A stretch of DNA of 41,419 bases from Fidelibacterota bacterium (GTDB lineage Bacteria > Fidelibacterota > UBA2242): positions 1 through 41,419 of the forward strand of contig JBNGDF010000022.1 of NCBI GenBank assembly GCA_049975265.1, read 5' to 3'. Of this stretch, positions 1-9,094 are shown in pieces. The position numbers and the translations under genes are program-made. How positions within the stretch are numbered: the first letter of the stretch is position 1; each line of letters opens with the position of its first letter. Under the pieces are notes generated by a model that saw nothing but the letters and a program-made list of their open reading frames with translations, did no database searches and had not been told where the DNA came from.

Positions 1-56
1 GGGTGGCTGTTATCCCGAAATTCGGGATGTAGGTTCGAGTCCTACCGTCGGAGCAA
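1..56 (+). tRNA. 3' part of a tRNA-Asn(GTT)-like sequence, apparently degenerate (5' end outside the window)
   Basis: GGTGG-CTGTTA anticodon-arm start (2-12); perfect T-arm GTAGG-TTCGAGT-CCTAC (29-45); acceptor 3' strand CGTCGGA plus discriminator G (46-53). The 3' strand of the anticodon stem and the variable loop are replaced by the palindrome ATCCCGAA-A-TTCGGGAT (12-28). Confidence 0.7.
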
Positions 57-83
57 GAATGTCAATTATAAATCATGCAATTA

Positions 84-272
84 ATGTTCTATGTCTATGT
101 TCTCTACTCCGACAAATTCGACAGAATCTACATTGGACAGACAAACAATATTGACGCTCGTCGTCAGAAGCATAACAGTGGTCAGGTAACACCCACCAAA
201 GCCTTTATACCATGGCGGATGATATATTGTGAAATCCGCCATTCCCGCGCCGCAACAATGAAGCGTGAATAA
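84..272 (+). pseudogene. Small GIY-YIG nuclease (UPF0213-like), C-terminally truncated
   Basis: MFYVYVLYS...IYIGQTNN...R...HNSG...PW...E...MKRE, then TAA. Family members normally continue with about REKxLK...GR, and the frame here continues VIKNR after the stop. Confidence 0.8.
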
Positions 273-297
273 GTTATAAAAAATAGATGAAGAAGCC

Positions 298-1368
298 CTA
301 TTGCTCTTCTTTAGAGTTTATATGCCCGCAGATGTAGCCGGTAACCTCATCGGTGCCCATAATCCCACCGAGATCGATGGTCAACCAATGATTGGAAAAA
401 TTTACCATCAGCGCATCCATCAGTGCTCTGCTCTCCTGGATTTTTCCCTGGTCCGATAAAATCTGCCAAAGCGCCAGGAAGGTTCCGAACGGATTGATCG
501 TGTTGCTGCCCGCCAATTTCTTCAGGGAAGCCTGCATGATCCGGTAAACGCTGATTAGCTCCGGATTGATCTCAATTGAATATGCCAGACCGTAGCCACC
601 CATTACGACGCTTGAAACCGCTGATAGGATATCACCGTTATCGGAGGTGGCAATATATGCCTCGGAATCGTCGGGATTCAAAAGAATATCCTTGAGGGCT
701 CCATTGATGAGCTTATTGGTAATGGCGATGTCGGGATATTTTTCCTGAATTTCTGCAACAGTCTTGTTCCAAAGTGCCTGACTCTGCCTGAATTTTATTC
801 CCTGATCCACAAAACAGACCTTTGCACGATGGTCTTTTTGTAAATATTCAAAGGCATTTTGGATAAAAGTACGGATGTTTTTTGCCGTAAATATACTTGA
901 CTGAACCAATACTGCCGATTCCCGCCCTTTCAGGTAAATCTGGTCTGTTGTCGAAATAGTACTTTCAAAAATTTCTTTAATAATCAGATAATCCACCGTT
1001 TTGGTCTCGATATCCTTCTGGGTCGCCAGCCAACTCTGGAACAGTCTGATTGGCTGAACGCTCATGGTCAGATTCAGACGATCGCGCAATTTATACACAA
1101 TCTCAACGGCATGTTTCATATCGGGGATCCGGCTGTCGCCCAGCGGACCGAGTAAAATCGCATCAAAATTGTGCGCCACCTCATCAATGAATTCATCGGG
1201 TATCGAAATACCGGATTTGTGATAGTAATTGGCTCCGTAAGGAAATTGTTTGACTGTGATCCCGGAGTTGAATTTTTTGTTCAGTGCCTGAATAACCTTA
1301 TCCAATTGGATTATCAGATCGGGACCTATCCCGTCACCAGCAATAACCGCTATTCGTATGCCTTCCAT
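298..1368 (-). CDS. Isocitrate/isopropylmalate dehydrogenase family protein with degenerate catalytic motifs
   Basis: N-terminal IAVIAGDGIGPD, DAILLGPLGD, GDILS, GxxG, NPFGTFLA and C-terminal TIDLGG..GTDEV all match the LeuB/IDH fold. Confidence 0.8.
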   Translation of the reverse strand: MEGIRIAVIAGDGIGPDLIIQLDKVIQALNKKFNSGITVKQFPYGANYYHKSGISIPDEFIDEVAHNFDAILLGPLGDSRIPDMKHAVEIVYKLRDRLNLTMSVQPIRLFQSWLATQKDIETKTVDYLIIKEIFESTISTTDQIYLKGRESAVLVQSSIFTAKNIRTFIQNAFEYLQKDHRAKVCFVDQGIKFRQSQALWNKTVAEIQEKYPDIAITNKLINGALKDILLNPDDSEAYIATSDNGDILSAVSSVVMGGYGLAYSIEINPELISVYRIMQASLKKLAGSNTINPFGTFLALWQILSDQGKIQESRALMDALMVNFSNHWLTIDLGGIMGTDEVTGYICGHINSKEEQ

Positions 1369-1377
1369 TGATTTCCT

Positions 1378-2658
1378 TTAATACCGGAAAATATTTTCAT
1401 AATAAGGCTCGGTCAACCGATAATCACCAAATCCGGTCTCGTCGACGAATATAAATGTTTTATTTATATCGTAATAGTACCAGATTTCATAGGGTTTCGA
1501 ATGTAGTTCAAAGGGATGTCGTTCAATGTCATTCGGCGGACCAAAGAGTATAAAAATCATTCCCATGTCGGTCTTCCAGCCCTCGGTAAAACCGGAAAAA
1601 TGGGCATTGGCGTACCGAACCCGCCGATAGTACTCATTCATCAATTCATTCTCCTCGGTTTCCGGAGTCGGGTCCATATTTTCCCAGAATTTGATGAACT
1701 CATTCTTTTTCTCTTTGGCACTCGCTTTTTTTAATTTTTTGAATTTTTTTGAATGGACAATATATTTCATCTGTTCGATTGCTGCATCAAGATCATCGAT
1801 CAGCTTGGACATGCCAATCCAACGCAAATTGAATACCCGTGATCTGGACACCTGATCTTCTCCCATTGCCACCTCGATCACGATTTTATATTTTGAATAA
1901 CCTAGTGATTTCCGGCTGATGGTCAGGCGTTGATTGGTGATACCGCTGTTTAAAGTATCCGTAAAGGTTTCTTTGATGACTACTTTTTCATCCTGCGTAA
2001 CTATCCTGTAACCGATATCCGCAATTCCACCATCGGAAAGAATATCAAAACGAACCACAAAATCCGCCTGCCGGTCATTAATATCACCATCAATGGAGGA
2101 AATATCGTCAGGTTTCCCCTGTTCATCCGTCAGTACCTGTTCAATGATATCTATCGTGCTGATAGTCAGTGGTTTTTCATAAAAGTCCGCAACGTTGATC
2201 TCATCCCGACGGATGTACTTTTTCTTTGTATCCAGGTCCAGAATGGACAGAGTCAACTTGTATTTCCCGGGTAATAACCGGAATATAACCTCATTAATAT
2301 CAAACAGCTGCTGCGAATTGGTTTCGTAATAAGACTCAGTCTGCAGATTCTGTTTCCATATTTTGGAGGCATGTTTGTTATCATTTTCATCGACAATCAG
2401 GATAGAGAGTTCGTAGCTGGCGGTAAAAATATCACCCTTTTTAATAAATTGCAGCGCATCGAAAGGGACCTTGGTCTTGATTACAACTTTCACGGAATCG
2501 CGGCTGACCATTGGAAAGGTACCGATATCGTAATAATAAATCGGTAAGCCGAGCATATCGCTATCTTCAAGAGGCTGTTTTGGTTTTTTCGTACCGGCAA
2601 ATAGCACGGTCATTATCATGAATAGTGATACCAGCAGTTTTACTATTTTAATCGGCAT
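1378..2658 (-). CDS. Exported GWxTD-domain protein
   Basis: Signal peptide MPIKIVKLLVSLFMIMTVLFA; C-terminal FW...DPTP...NE...EYYRRV.YAN..F....GWKTDMGMIFILFGPP...WYY. Start moved to the ATG at 2658, which has GGAG upstream. Confidence 0.85.
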   Translation of the reverse strand: MPIKIVKLLVSLFMIMTVLFAGTKKPKQPLEDSDMLGLPIYYYDIGTFPMVSRDSVKVVIKTKVPFDALQFIKKGDIFTASYELSILIVDENDNKHASKIWKQNLQTESYYETNSQQLFDINEVIFRLLPGKYKLTLSILDLDTKKKYIRRDEINVADFYEKPLTISTIDIIEQVLTDEQGKPDDISSIDGDINDRQADFVVRFDILSDGGIADIGYRIVTQDEKVVIKETFTDTLNSGITNQRLTISRKSLGYSKYKIVIEVAMGEDQVSRSRVFNLRWIGMSKLIDDLDAAIEQMKYIVHSKKFKKLKKASAKEKKNEFIKFWENMDPTPETEENELMNEYYRRVRYANAHFSGFTEGWKTDMGMIFILFGPPNDIERHPFELHSKPYEIWYYYDINKTFIFVDETGFGDYRLTEPYYENIFRY

Positions 2659-4288
2659 ATTTTCTCCATTTATAGCGACAAAGCCCCTGCCCGGTGCCAA
2701 ACCAGACCAGACTATCATTGATCACGACCCGATTCACCCTCTGGTCCGGCAAACCGTCCAGCGTGGTATAATGCTCTACATAGTGGTCTGACAATCGCAT
2801 AAGATAGGCGCCGTCATCTGTCCCAATCCACAGGTAACGATCATCTGAATCAATGTCAACTATCTGAGCATCAATAAGATCCGGCAATAATGTAAAGTTT
2901 GTAGTCATGTGATTGTATGCTAACAAACCGTTGTACTGCGCAAAAATTGTCAGCGAATCACCGGCAGCAATTGCCGAAACACTCGAGGCAACAGGCTGAT
3001 CGATATCCAATAGGGTTCCATTCATATCGTAATGTTCGACATTATGAGTCAATTTGTCAACTCTGTAAAGCCCGTTTTCTGTACCAATCCAGAGGAATTT
3101 GCCATCGGCGATTAATTTAAAAATCTTCATATGCTGCTTATCCCGGGTAAGGTAAACCCGTTTGATGATCATGGTGGGAATATGAATTTTATTCAATCCC
3201 AGTGGTGTTCCGATCCATGCCAGTGTATCGTCAATGCAGATGGTCTGAATATACTCATCCTGCAAACCCTGTGCGCCGCTGATTCTCTGCCATCTGTCTT
3301 GGGGATAATCATAAATCGACAATCCCTGATCTGTACCAATCCATATCCGCCCCTCACCATCCTCCTGAAGATCAAAAATGTTGGGTGACGCTAATTCGTT
3401 AATAAATCTGTCTTCACAATATGTCCATTCGCCATCGGCAATATGCATGATCGATAGTCCGGCTCGCTCTGCCGAACTGGAATGGAGGCTGCCGCAAATT
3501 ATCTTGTCCTGCATCAACTCCACAGCGCTGATGGAATTTTCAAGTGGTCCGAAGGAATGTACCCGTAACCTCTTGACATTGTAATCACCGGTCAATATGC
3601 CCAATTCCCAAATCCCGCCGTAAATGTCAAGATTTTCATCAACATGGAAGAGATTAATCGAATACTCCCGGAAAAAACCATCATAAACCTTGCCCCCGGG
3701 ATCGATCTGGTAAGGCTCATTAATTGAAAAATGCTCGATATTGGGAACCGGATCCAGGCGGCTCGGTGACCAGCCGATACTATTTGATTCATTATTATAC
3801 GTCCCCTGATAAAAGCCCAAATGCTGATCAATGGATAAAACCAAGCCGGAAACCGTTGAGGCTAAAATGGAGGCGTTCTTCTTCCCCAGCCGGACAACCT
3901 CCTGAACGTCTCGGGGAAAGGATTCCTGTGAGGAATTTTCCCATCTCTCTTCCGTTGGATTTAAAAAACTAACTCCCTCACGATGGGACGCCCAGAGATA
4001 TCCGGTCGAACGATCGTAAAAGACGGCGCTGATTTGATCATCTCCCAATCCGTTACTGACGGTGTAGGGTTCGCCCCAGTGACGTTGGTAGCGCTGATAA
4101 GGAACGATTCCTCCGCTGGTTCCAAAATAGATAAATTCGTTGGCTTCCGTAAAGCTGGTGACGTGGTTGCAGTTTTTATAGGTAATCCAGTCCTCCAGCT
4201 CGTATATTCTGACCAGTAAATCCACCTCCTGTGTATAACAGAGCCGCATTAAAAATACGGAAGTTATTAATCCGAATATCCTGTGCAT
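2648..4288 (-). CDS. Exported beta-propeller repeat protein (two-component-regulator propeller type)
   Basis: Repeated WIGTxxGL / GLxxxxI blade motifs and an N-terminal hydrophobic signal. Confidence 0.75.
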   Translation of the reverse strand: MHRIFGLITSVFLMRLCYTQEVDLLVRIYELEDWITYKNCNHVTSFTEANEFIYFGTSGGIVPYQRYQRHWGEPYTVSNGLGDDQISAVFYDRSTGYLWASHREGVSFLNPTEERWENSSQESFPRDVQEVVRLGKKNASILASTVSGLVLSIDQHLGFYQGTYNNESNSIGWSPSRLDPVPNIEHFSINEPYQIDPGGKVYDGFFREYSINLFHVDENLDIYGGIWELGILTGDYNVKRLRVHSFGPLENSISAVELMQDKIICGSLHSSSAERAGLSIMHIADGEWTYCEDRFINELASPNIFDLQEDGEGRIWIGTDQGLSIYDYPQDRWQRISGAQGLQDEYIQTICIDDTLAWIGTPLGLNKIHIPTMIIKRVYLTRDKQHMKIFKLIADGKFLWIGTENGLYRVDKLTHNVEHYDMNGTLLDIDQPVASSVSAIAAGDSLTIFAQYNGLLAYNHMTTNFTLLPDLIDAQIVDIDSDDRYLWIGTDDGAYLMRLSDHYVEHYTTLDGLPDQRVNRVVINDSLVWFGTGQGLCRYKWRKYAD

Positions 4289-5377
4289 TTAGGCCCTTAC
4301 AAACATTTTTCCAGCCAGTTGCCGCACACAACCTTTTATCTCAAGGTTCAGTAATATCGGCAAAATTTCAAATGGGGATTTATTGATTGTTGCAGCCAGC
4401 TTGTCAATATTTATCGGTTCATTGCTGAGTACATCGAAAACCACCTTCTCTTCACCATCCAGGTGAAAGTCAATATCCAGCTGAACAGGTCTCCTGTGAA
4501 ATTTCCGCAGCGACTCGATTTCCAGTAAGATATCATCCACATCCAGAACCAATTTGGCACCCTTCTGAATCAGACGATTGGTACCGATACTTCTGCTATC
4601 GCCGATCCTGCCGGGAATCGCAAACACTTCCCGATTCTGATCATTGGCGTAATACGCCGTCAGCGTAGCACCGCTTTTTTCGCCTGCTTCAATTACTAGG
4701 ACACCCAGACTAAGTCCGGAAATTATGCGATTCCTTCTGGGGAAATTAACTGCGTCGGGTTTTGTACCAATGGGGAACTCGGTACAATAGACACCATTTT
4801 GCACAATAAGATTTTTCAAATCACGGTTTTCAGTTGGGTACACCCGATCGATGCCGTTCCCCAACACCGCGATTGTTCTGCCGCCGGACTGCGCGGCGGT
4901 TCTGTGAGCAATAGTGTCAATTCCCCGGGCAAACCCGCTGACAACCGTGATATGCTGTTCCACCAATTCTTTCACCAGATGGGCGGTTACGGATTTGCCA
5001 TAGTTACTGGGCGTCCTTGTACCGACAACGGCAATTGAGTCGAGATCGTTCGGATCGAATTCGCCCAGATAATATAAGAGAATCGGCGGGTCGTAGATAT
5101 TTTTTAACCGTTCGGGATACTGCTCATCAAAAATCGATAGCACTTTAAAGGGATATTTTTTCAGTAGAAGTAATTGGGTATTGACAAAATCTGAGGTATC
5201 CGCATTGACGATGATTTTTGCGAGACTCAGGTCAATACCCGGCACCTGACACAGCTCCGATAAGCCCGCATTGAAAATTGTGTCAATATTCTTAAAATAG
5301 CGCACCAGATTCATAATTCGCCGGGGACCCAAACCGGGAACACCGACGAGACGTAACACTTTTGGGAGTTCAACCAT
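4289..5377 (-). CDS. dprA: DNA-processing protein DprA
   Basis: IAVVGTR, VVSGFARGIDTIAH, FPRRNRIISGLS, EAGEKSGATLTA..A..QNREVFAIPG, and a C-terminal winged helix. Confidence 0.95.
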   Translation of the reverse strand: MVELPKVLRLVGVPGLGPRRIMNLVRYFKNIDTIFNAGLSELCQVPGIDLSLAKIIVNADTSDFVNTQLLLLKKYPFKVLSIFDEQYPERLKNIYDPPILLYYLGEFDPNDLDSIAVVGTRTPSNYGKSVTAHLVKELVEQHITVVSGFARGIDTIAHRTAAQSGGRTIAVLGNGIDRVYPTENRDLKNLIVQNGVYCTEFPIGTKPDAVNFPRRNRIISGLSLGVLVIEAGEKSGATLTAYYANDQNREVFAIPGRIGDSRSIGTNRLIQKGAKLVLDVDDILLEIESLRKFHRRPVQLDIDFHLDGEEKVVFDVLSNEPINIDKLAATINKSPFEILPILLNLEIKGCVRQLAGKMFVRA

Positions 5378-6341
5378 CGTTTTCCAATCGTTGTACTATC
5401 TGGCGGATCAGATTGTCCAGACCGCTGCCGGTGACAGCCGAAATCACCAACGTCTCGACTCCATCAATTGAGATATCCGGAATATTTTCCGTCAAATCCG
5501 CTTTTGACAGGACTAATATTCGGGGCTTCCGGTCAAATGCCGGGCTGTGCTGCTTTAGCTCTGTGCTTAGGGTACGGTACTGTCCGATTATATCGTCGCT
5601 GACAATTTCGATTAAAAAGACTAATAGTTTCGTTCTTTCGAGATGCCGTAAAAAGCGATGTCCCAGTCCTTTGCCTCTGTGCGCACCCTCGATCAAGCCG
5701 GGTATATCCGCCATGACGAAACTACGATAATTGTCATATTTGACAATTCCGAGATGGGGTGTCAATGTCGTGAATGGATAATCTGCGATCTTCGGTGTGG
5801 CAGCACTGATTTTCGAAATCAGCGTGGATTTTCCGGCATTTGGAAATCCCACCAGACCGACATCGGAGATCACTTTTAATTCAAGAATCAGATGCTTCTC
5901 TGTGCCCTTCTGGCCCGTCTGGCTGTAGCGCGGAGTACGGTTTGTCGAACTGGCAAAACTGGCGTTGCCTTTTCCACCCCTGCCCCCTTCGGCAATCAGG
6001 GCCCGGCTGCCGGGTTCGGTCAGATCGGCAATCACCTGACGGGTCGCTTCGTCCATCACCACCGTTCCCGGCGGGACTTTTATTACCACCGATTGTCCGT
6101 CCTGACCGGTTTTACGGCTTCCCTGTCCCGGACCGCCGTTTGGGGCTTGGTACGATTTGTGGTATTTAATATCCTGAAGCGTGAAGAGATTGGAATCAAC
6201 CTCAAATAAAATATCGCCACCCTTGCCACCGTCGCCGCCGCTGGGACCGCCTTTCGGGACATGTTTCTCCCGTCGAAAGGCAACACAGCCGTTGCCGCCA
6301 TCTCCGGATTTGATCCGAACTCTGGTCCAGTCAACAAACAT
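5370..6341 (-). CDS. obgE: GTPase ObgE/CgtA
   Basis: MFVD...GDGGNG..AFRREKHVPKGGPSGGDGG Obg fold; GFPNAGKST, YPFTTL, DIPGLIEGAH. Confidence 0.97.
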   Translation of the reverse strand: MFVDWTRVRIKSGDGGNGCVAFRREKHVPKGGPSGGDGGKGGDILFEVDSNLFTLQDIKYHKSYQAPNGGPGQGSRKTGQDGQSVVIKVPPGTVVMDEATRQVIADLTEPGSRALIAEGGRGGKGNASFASSTNRTPRYSQTGQKGTEKHLILELKVISDVGLVGFPNAGKSTLISKISAATPKIADYPFTTLTPHLGIVKYDNYRSFVMADIPGLIEGAHRGKGLGHRFLRHLERTKLLVFLIEIVSDDIIGQYRTLSTELKQHSPAFDRKPRILVLSKADLTENIPDISIDGVETLVISAVTGSGLDNLIRQIVQRLENDG

Positions 6342-6342
6342 G

Positions 6343-6473
6343 GAATTTTCCGGTTTTCCGATTCATGATTCCTGGTTTAAACTAACCCAATTTCAGATTG
6401 TTGCAAATGAAAAATATTGAGGTTGATCCTCTTCTGCATAGCGACCAAAAGATATTGAGAAAACCGGAAATTC
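6343..6473. repeat. Inverted repeat bracketing the htpG-obgE intergenic region
   Basis: GAATTTTCCGGTTTTC (6343-6358) versus GAAAACCGGAAATTC (6459-6473), with a 12-bp perfect core. Confidence 0.6.
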
Positions 6474-6481
6474 GAAAGTAT

Positions 6482-8356
6482 TTACCGGGTCGCCTCTTCC
6501 AGCAGTTCATTCATCCGCTGTACATAATCTGTCGGATTATCCAGACTGCCTTCGATCAGCAGCGCCGATTCATAAAGCTGCATGATGGTTTTGCGCAGGA
6601 TCGGGTCAGTACTGCTGCCGATATTTCTGCGTGAAAGATTTTTGATAATGGGATGGGCGGGATTGATTTCCAGAATCTTCTTCTGCGGAGTCACTTCCTG
6701 ATTCATCAATTTCATCATGCGCTCCATCTGGGGGTCCAGCCCATCTTTACCAACCACCAGTGTGACCGGGGAATCTACCAGACGTTTGGAAGACTTGACA
6801 TCGGCAACCCGGTCCCCAAGAGTCTCTTTGAACACCTTAATCAGCGCATCCAGCATATCCGAACCGATTGATTCTTCCTTTTTTCCCTCGGGTTCCTTTT
6901 TATCCTCTGCGAGATCAATATCTGCCTTTTCGATCGACTTCAGCGGTTTTTTCTCATATTCGTTAATGGAAGGAATAATGAAAATATCCACCGGATCGGT
7001 CAAGAGCAATACTTCGTAATCGTTTTTGCGAAAATATTCAAGATTAGGATTTTTCTCAATGACCGCACGGCTTTCACCGGTGATATAGTAGATTTCTTTC
7101 TGCTTCTTTTTCATGCGGGAGACATAATCGTCCAGTGACACCAGTTCACCCTTCGGCGCGGCAGTGGACTCGAACCGCAGCAGCTTCAAAATTTTATCCC
7201 GGTTGGCGAAATCGCTGTTCAGACCGGTTTTAAACAGCGGACCGAAATTCTTCATCAGCTTCTCATATTTTCCCGGATTGTTCTGTGCCCAATCCTCCAT
7301 CAAACCGAGGATTCGGGTGGTTAAAATGCTGCGGATTTTCTGCATCACGGGAGAGTGTTGCGTCACCTCCCTGGATACGTTCAGCGGCAGGTCTTCGGTA
7401 TCAACCACGCCGCGTACAAATTTCAGATAATCGGGCAGCAGTTCCTTGGCGTCATCCTGGATAAAAATCCGGTTGGAGTAGAGATGCAATCCCCGATCTT
7501 CGAGGTCATAGAAAAGGTTTAATGGTGCCTTAGGGGGAATAAAAAGCAGCGCCTTAAAATTCACTGTTCCTTCCAGTGACAGGTGCAGATGTCCCAGGGG
7601 TGCCTCAAAGTCGTTGGCGATAAATTTATAAAACTCGGTCAGTTCATCCTCCTTGATCTCATCTTTGGGACGCCGCCAGAGGGCTTCGACCTTGTTGATT
7701 CGTTCCTTTCCCAGTTCAATCGGAAAGTCGACAAAGTTGGAATATCTCTGAATAATCGATTTGACCCGGTATTCCTGGGCAAACTCTTTATGCTCATCTT
7801 TTAGTCTGAAACTGATGGTTGTCCCACGTTTCTTACGATCTATTTCTTCAATGCTGAATGTTCCTCTTCCGTCGGATATCCAGCGATAACTCCTGGAATC
7901 TGGCGCCGCATGGCGGGTCTCGATAATCACCTCATCGGTCACCATAAAAACCGAATAAAAACCAACTCCAAATTGACCAATCAAATCGCCTTCCGGTTTT
8001 TTCCCCTTTTTCTGGATTTCCTCTAAAAATTTCAGGGTCCCTGAATTGGCTACAGTACCAATACTCGTGACCAGATCATCTTCAGTCATCCCGATACCGG
8101 TATCTTCTATGGTAAACAGCTGCTTTTTCTCATCCACATCAATTTTAATCTTCAGTTCCGCCTTCGGATCGCAGATCTCCTGATTGGTCAGCTGCATAAA
8201 ACGAACCTTGTTGAGTGCGTCCGAAGCATTTGAAATCAGTTCCCTCAGAAATACCTCGGGGTGGGTGTACAAGGAGTGCACAATCAGATGCAGCAATTGA
8301 TTCAGTTCGGCTTTGAATTTGTAGGTTTTTTTCGTATTCGTGCTCCCTTTTGCCAT
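6482..8356 (-). CDS. htpG: Hsp90 chaperone HtpG
   Basis: HSLY...FLRELISNASDA, DTGIGM, IGQFGVGFYS, DLPLNVSRE, LEINPAHP. Confidence 0.97.
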   Translation of the reverse strand: MAKGSTNTKKTYKFKAELNQLLHLIVHSLYTHPEVFLRELISNASDALNKVRFMQLTNQEICDPKAELKIKIDVDEKKQLFTIEDTGIGMTEDDLVTSIGTVANSGTLKFLEEIQKKGKKPEGDLIGQFGVGFYSVFMVTDEVIIETRHAAPDSRSYRWISDGRGTFSIEEIDRKKRGTTISFRLKDEHKEFAQEYRVKSIIQRYSNFVDFPIELGKERINKVEALWRRPKDEIKEDELTEFYKFIANDFEAPLGHLHLSLEGTVNFKALLFIPPKAPLNLFYDLEDRGLHLYSNRIFIQDDAKELLPDYLKFVRGVVDTEDLPLNVSREVTQHSPVMQKIRSILTTRILGLMEDWAQNNPGKYEKLMKNFGPLFKTGLNSDFANRDKILKLLRFESTAAPKGELVSLDDYVSRMKKKQKEIYYITGESRAVIEKNPNLEYFRKNDYEVLLLTDPVDIFIIPSINEYEKKPLKSIEKADIDLAEDKKEPEGKKEESIGSDMLDALIKVFKETLGDRVADVKSSKRLVDSPVTLVVGKDGLDPQMERMMKLMNQEVTPQKKILEINPAHPIIKNLSRRNIGSSTDPILRKTIMQLYESALLIEGSLDNPTDYVQRMNELLEEATR

Positions 8357-8409
8357 TTCGGTTCTCCTTATTTAGTAGGTGTAGATTATCATTTGACGGG
8401 CTTTCATTT

Positions 8410-8450
8410 TACCAATATCATGCCAAAAGTAAGACTGGACAGTTTGTCAG
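8410..8450 (-). promoter_or_regulatory. Sigma54-like -24/-12 element with an upstream GACA-N3-TGTC palindrome, before htpG
   Basis: The minus strand reads CTGACAAACTGTCC-agtcttactt-TTGGCATGATATTGGTA. The -24 box matches; the -12 position reads GT instead of GC. Confidence 0.4.
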
Positions 8451-8710
8451 ACAGACGGGATGTTGTGAGGAGGTCATAAATAATTGATAAGGTTTTTTAA
8501 AATATTGGGTGGAATTTATACTTAAATTTGTTAAGTTACGGCGATTCGATTGTTTCTTGAAAATAGCTATATATAGGGCATGGTTACGCTGATTTCCGGC
8601 TCAATATAAAAGATAGAATACGCCAAAATCAGTCTCAATTTCATACTATTTCTAAAATGATGGAATGGGGAAATTTTGCAAATTCCTTATAAGAACAGGA
8701 GGACTACTCA

Positions 8711-9082
8711 ATGCCAAAAATTTTGATAGTTGACGATGACATGGATTTCGTCTCTGCCGTTAAGCTGGTGCTGAACAACAAAGGCTTCGAGACCGCCGTA
8801 GCCGGTTCCCGTCAGGAGGGCATGGAGAAATTCGATTCAGAGAAACCGGACCTTGTCTTGCTCGATGTGATGATGGATGAACCGGATGACGGTTTTGTCA
8901 TGGCGCAGTCGCTGAAGAAAAAATCAAAGGAAACACCCATTTTAATGTTGACCAGTGTCGGTCAGGTAACCGGAATGGATTTCGACAAGGATAGCGAAAT
9001 GGTTCCGGTGGATGACTTTGAGCAGAAACCGATTATGCCTGACCGGTTGCTTGCGAAAATCAATCAATTACTGGACAGATAA
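8711..9082 (+). CDS. Single-domain response regulator (CheY-like receiver)
   Basis: ILIVDDD, PDLVLLDVMM (phospho-Asp), MLTS, QKP; strong AGGAGG ribosome-binding site. Confidence 0.92.
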   Translation: MPKILIVDDDMDFVSAVKLVLNNKGFETAVAGSRQEGMEKFDSEKPDLVLLDVMMDEPDDGFVMAQSLKKKSKETPILMLTSVGQVTGMDFDKDSEMVPVDDFEQKPIMPDRLLAKINQLLDR

Positions 9083-9094
9083 AGGAGGCGATGG

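Noticed and set aside
8669..8686. Imperfect palindrome GGAAATTTTGCAAATTCC before the hydrogenase operon as a Rex box
   Set aside because: It does not match TTGTGAA-N4-TTCACAA, and it is AT-rich and single-copy, so it cannot be assigned.
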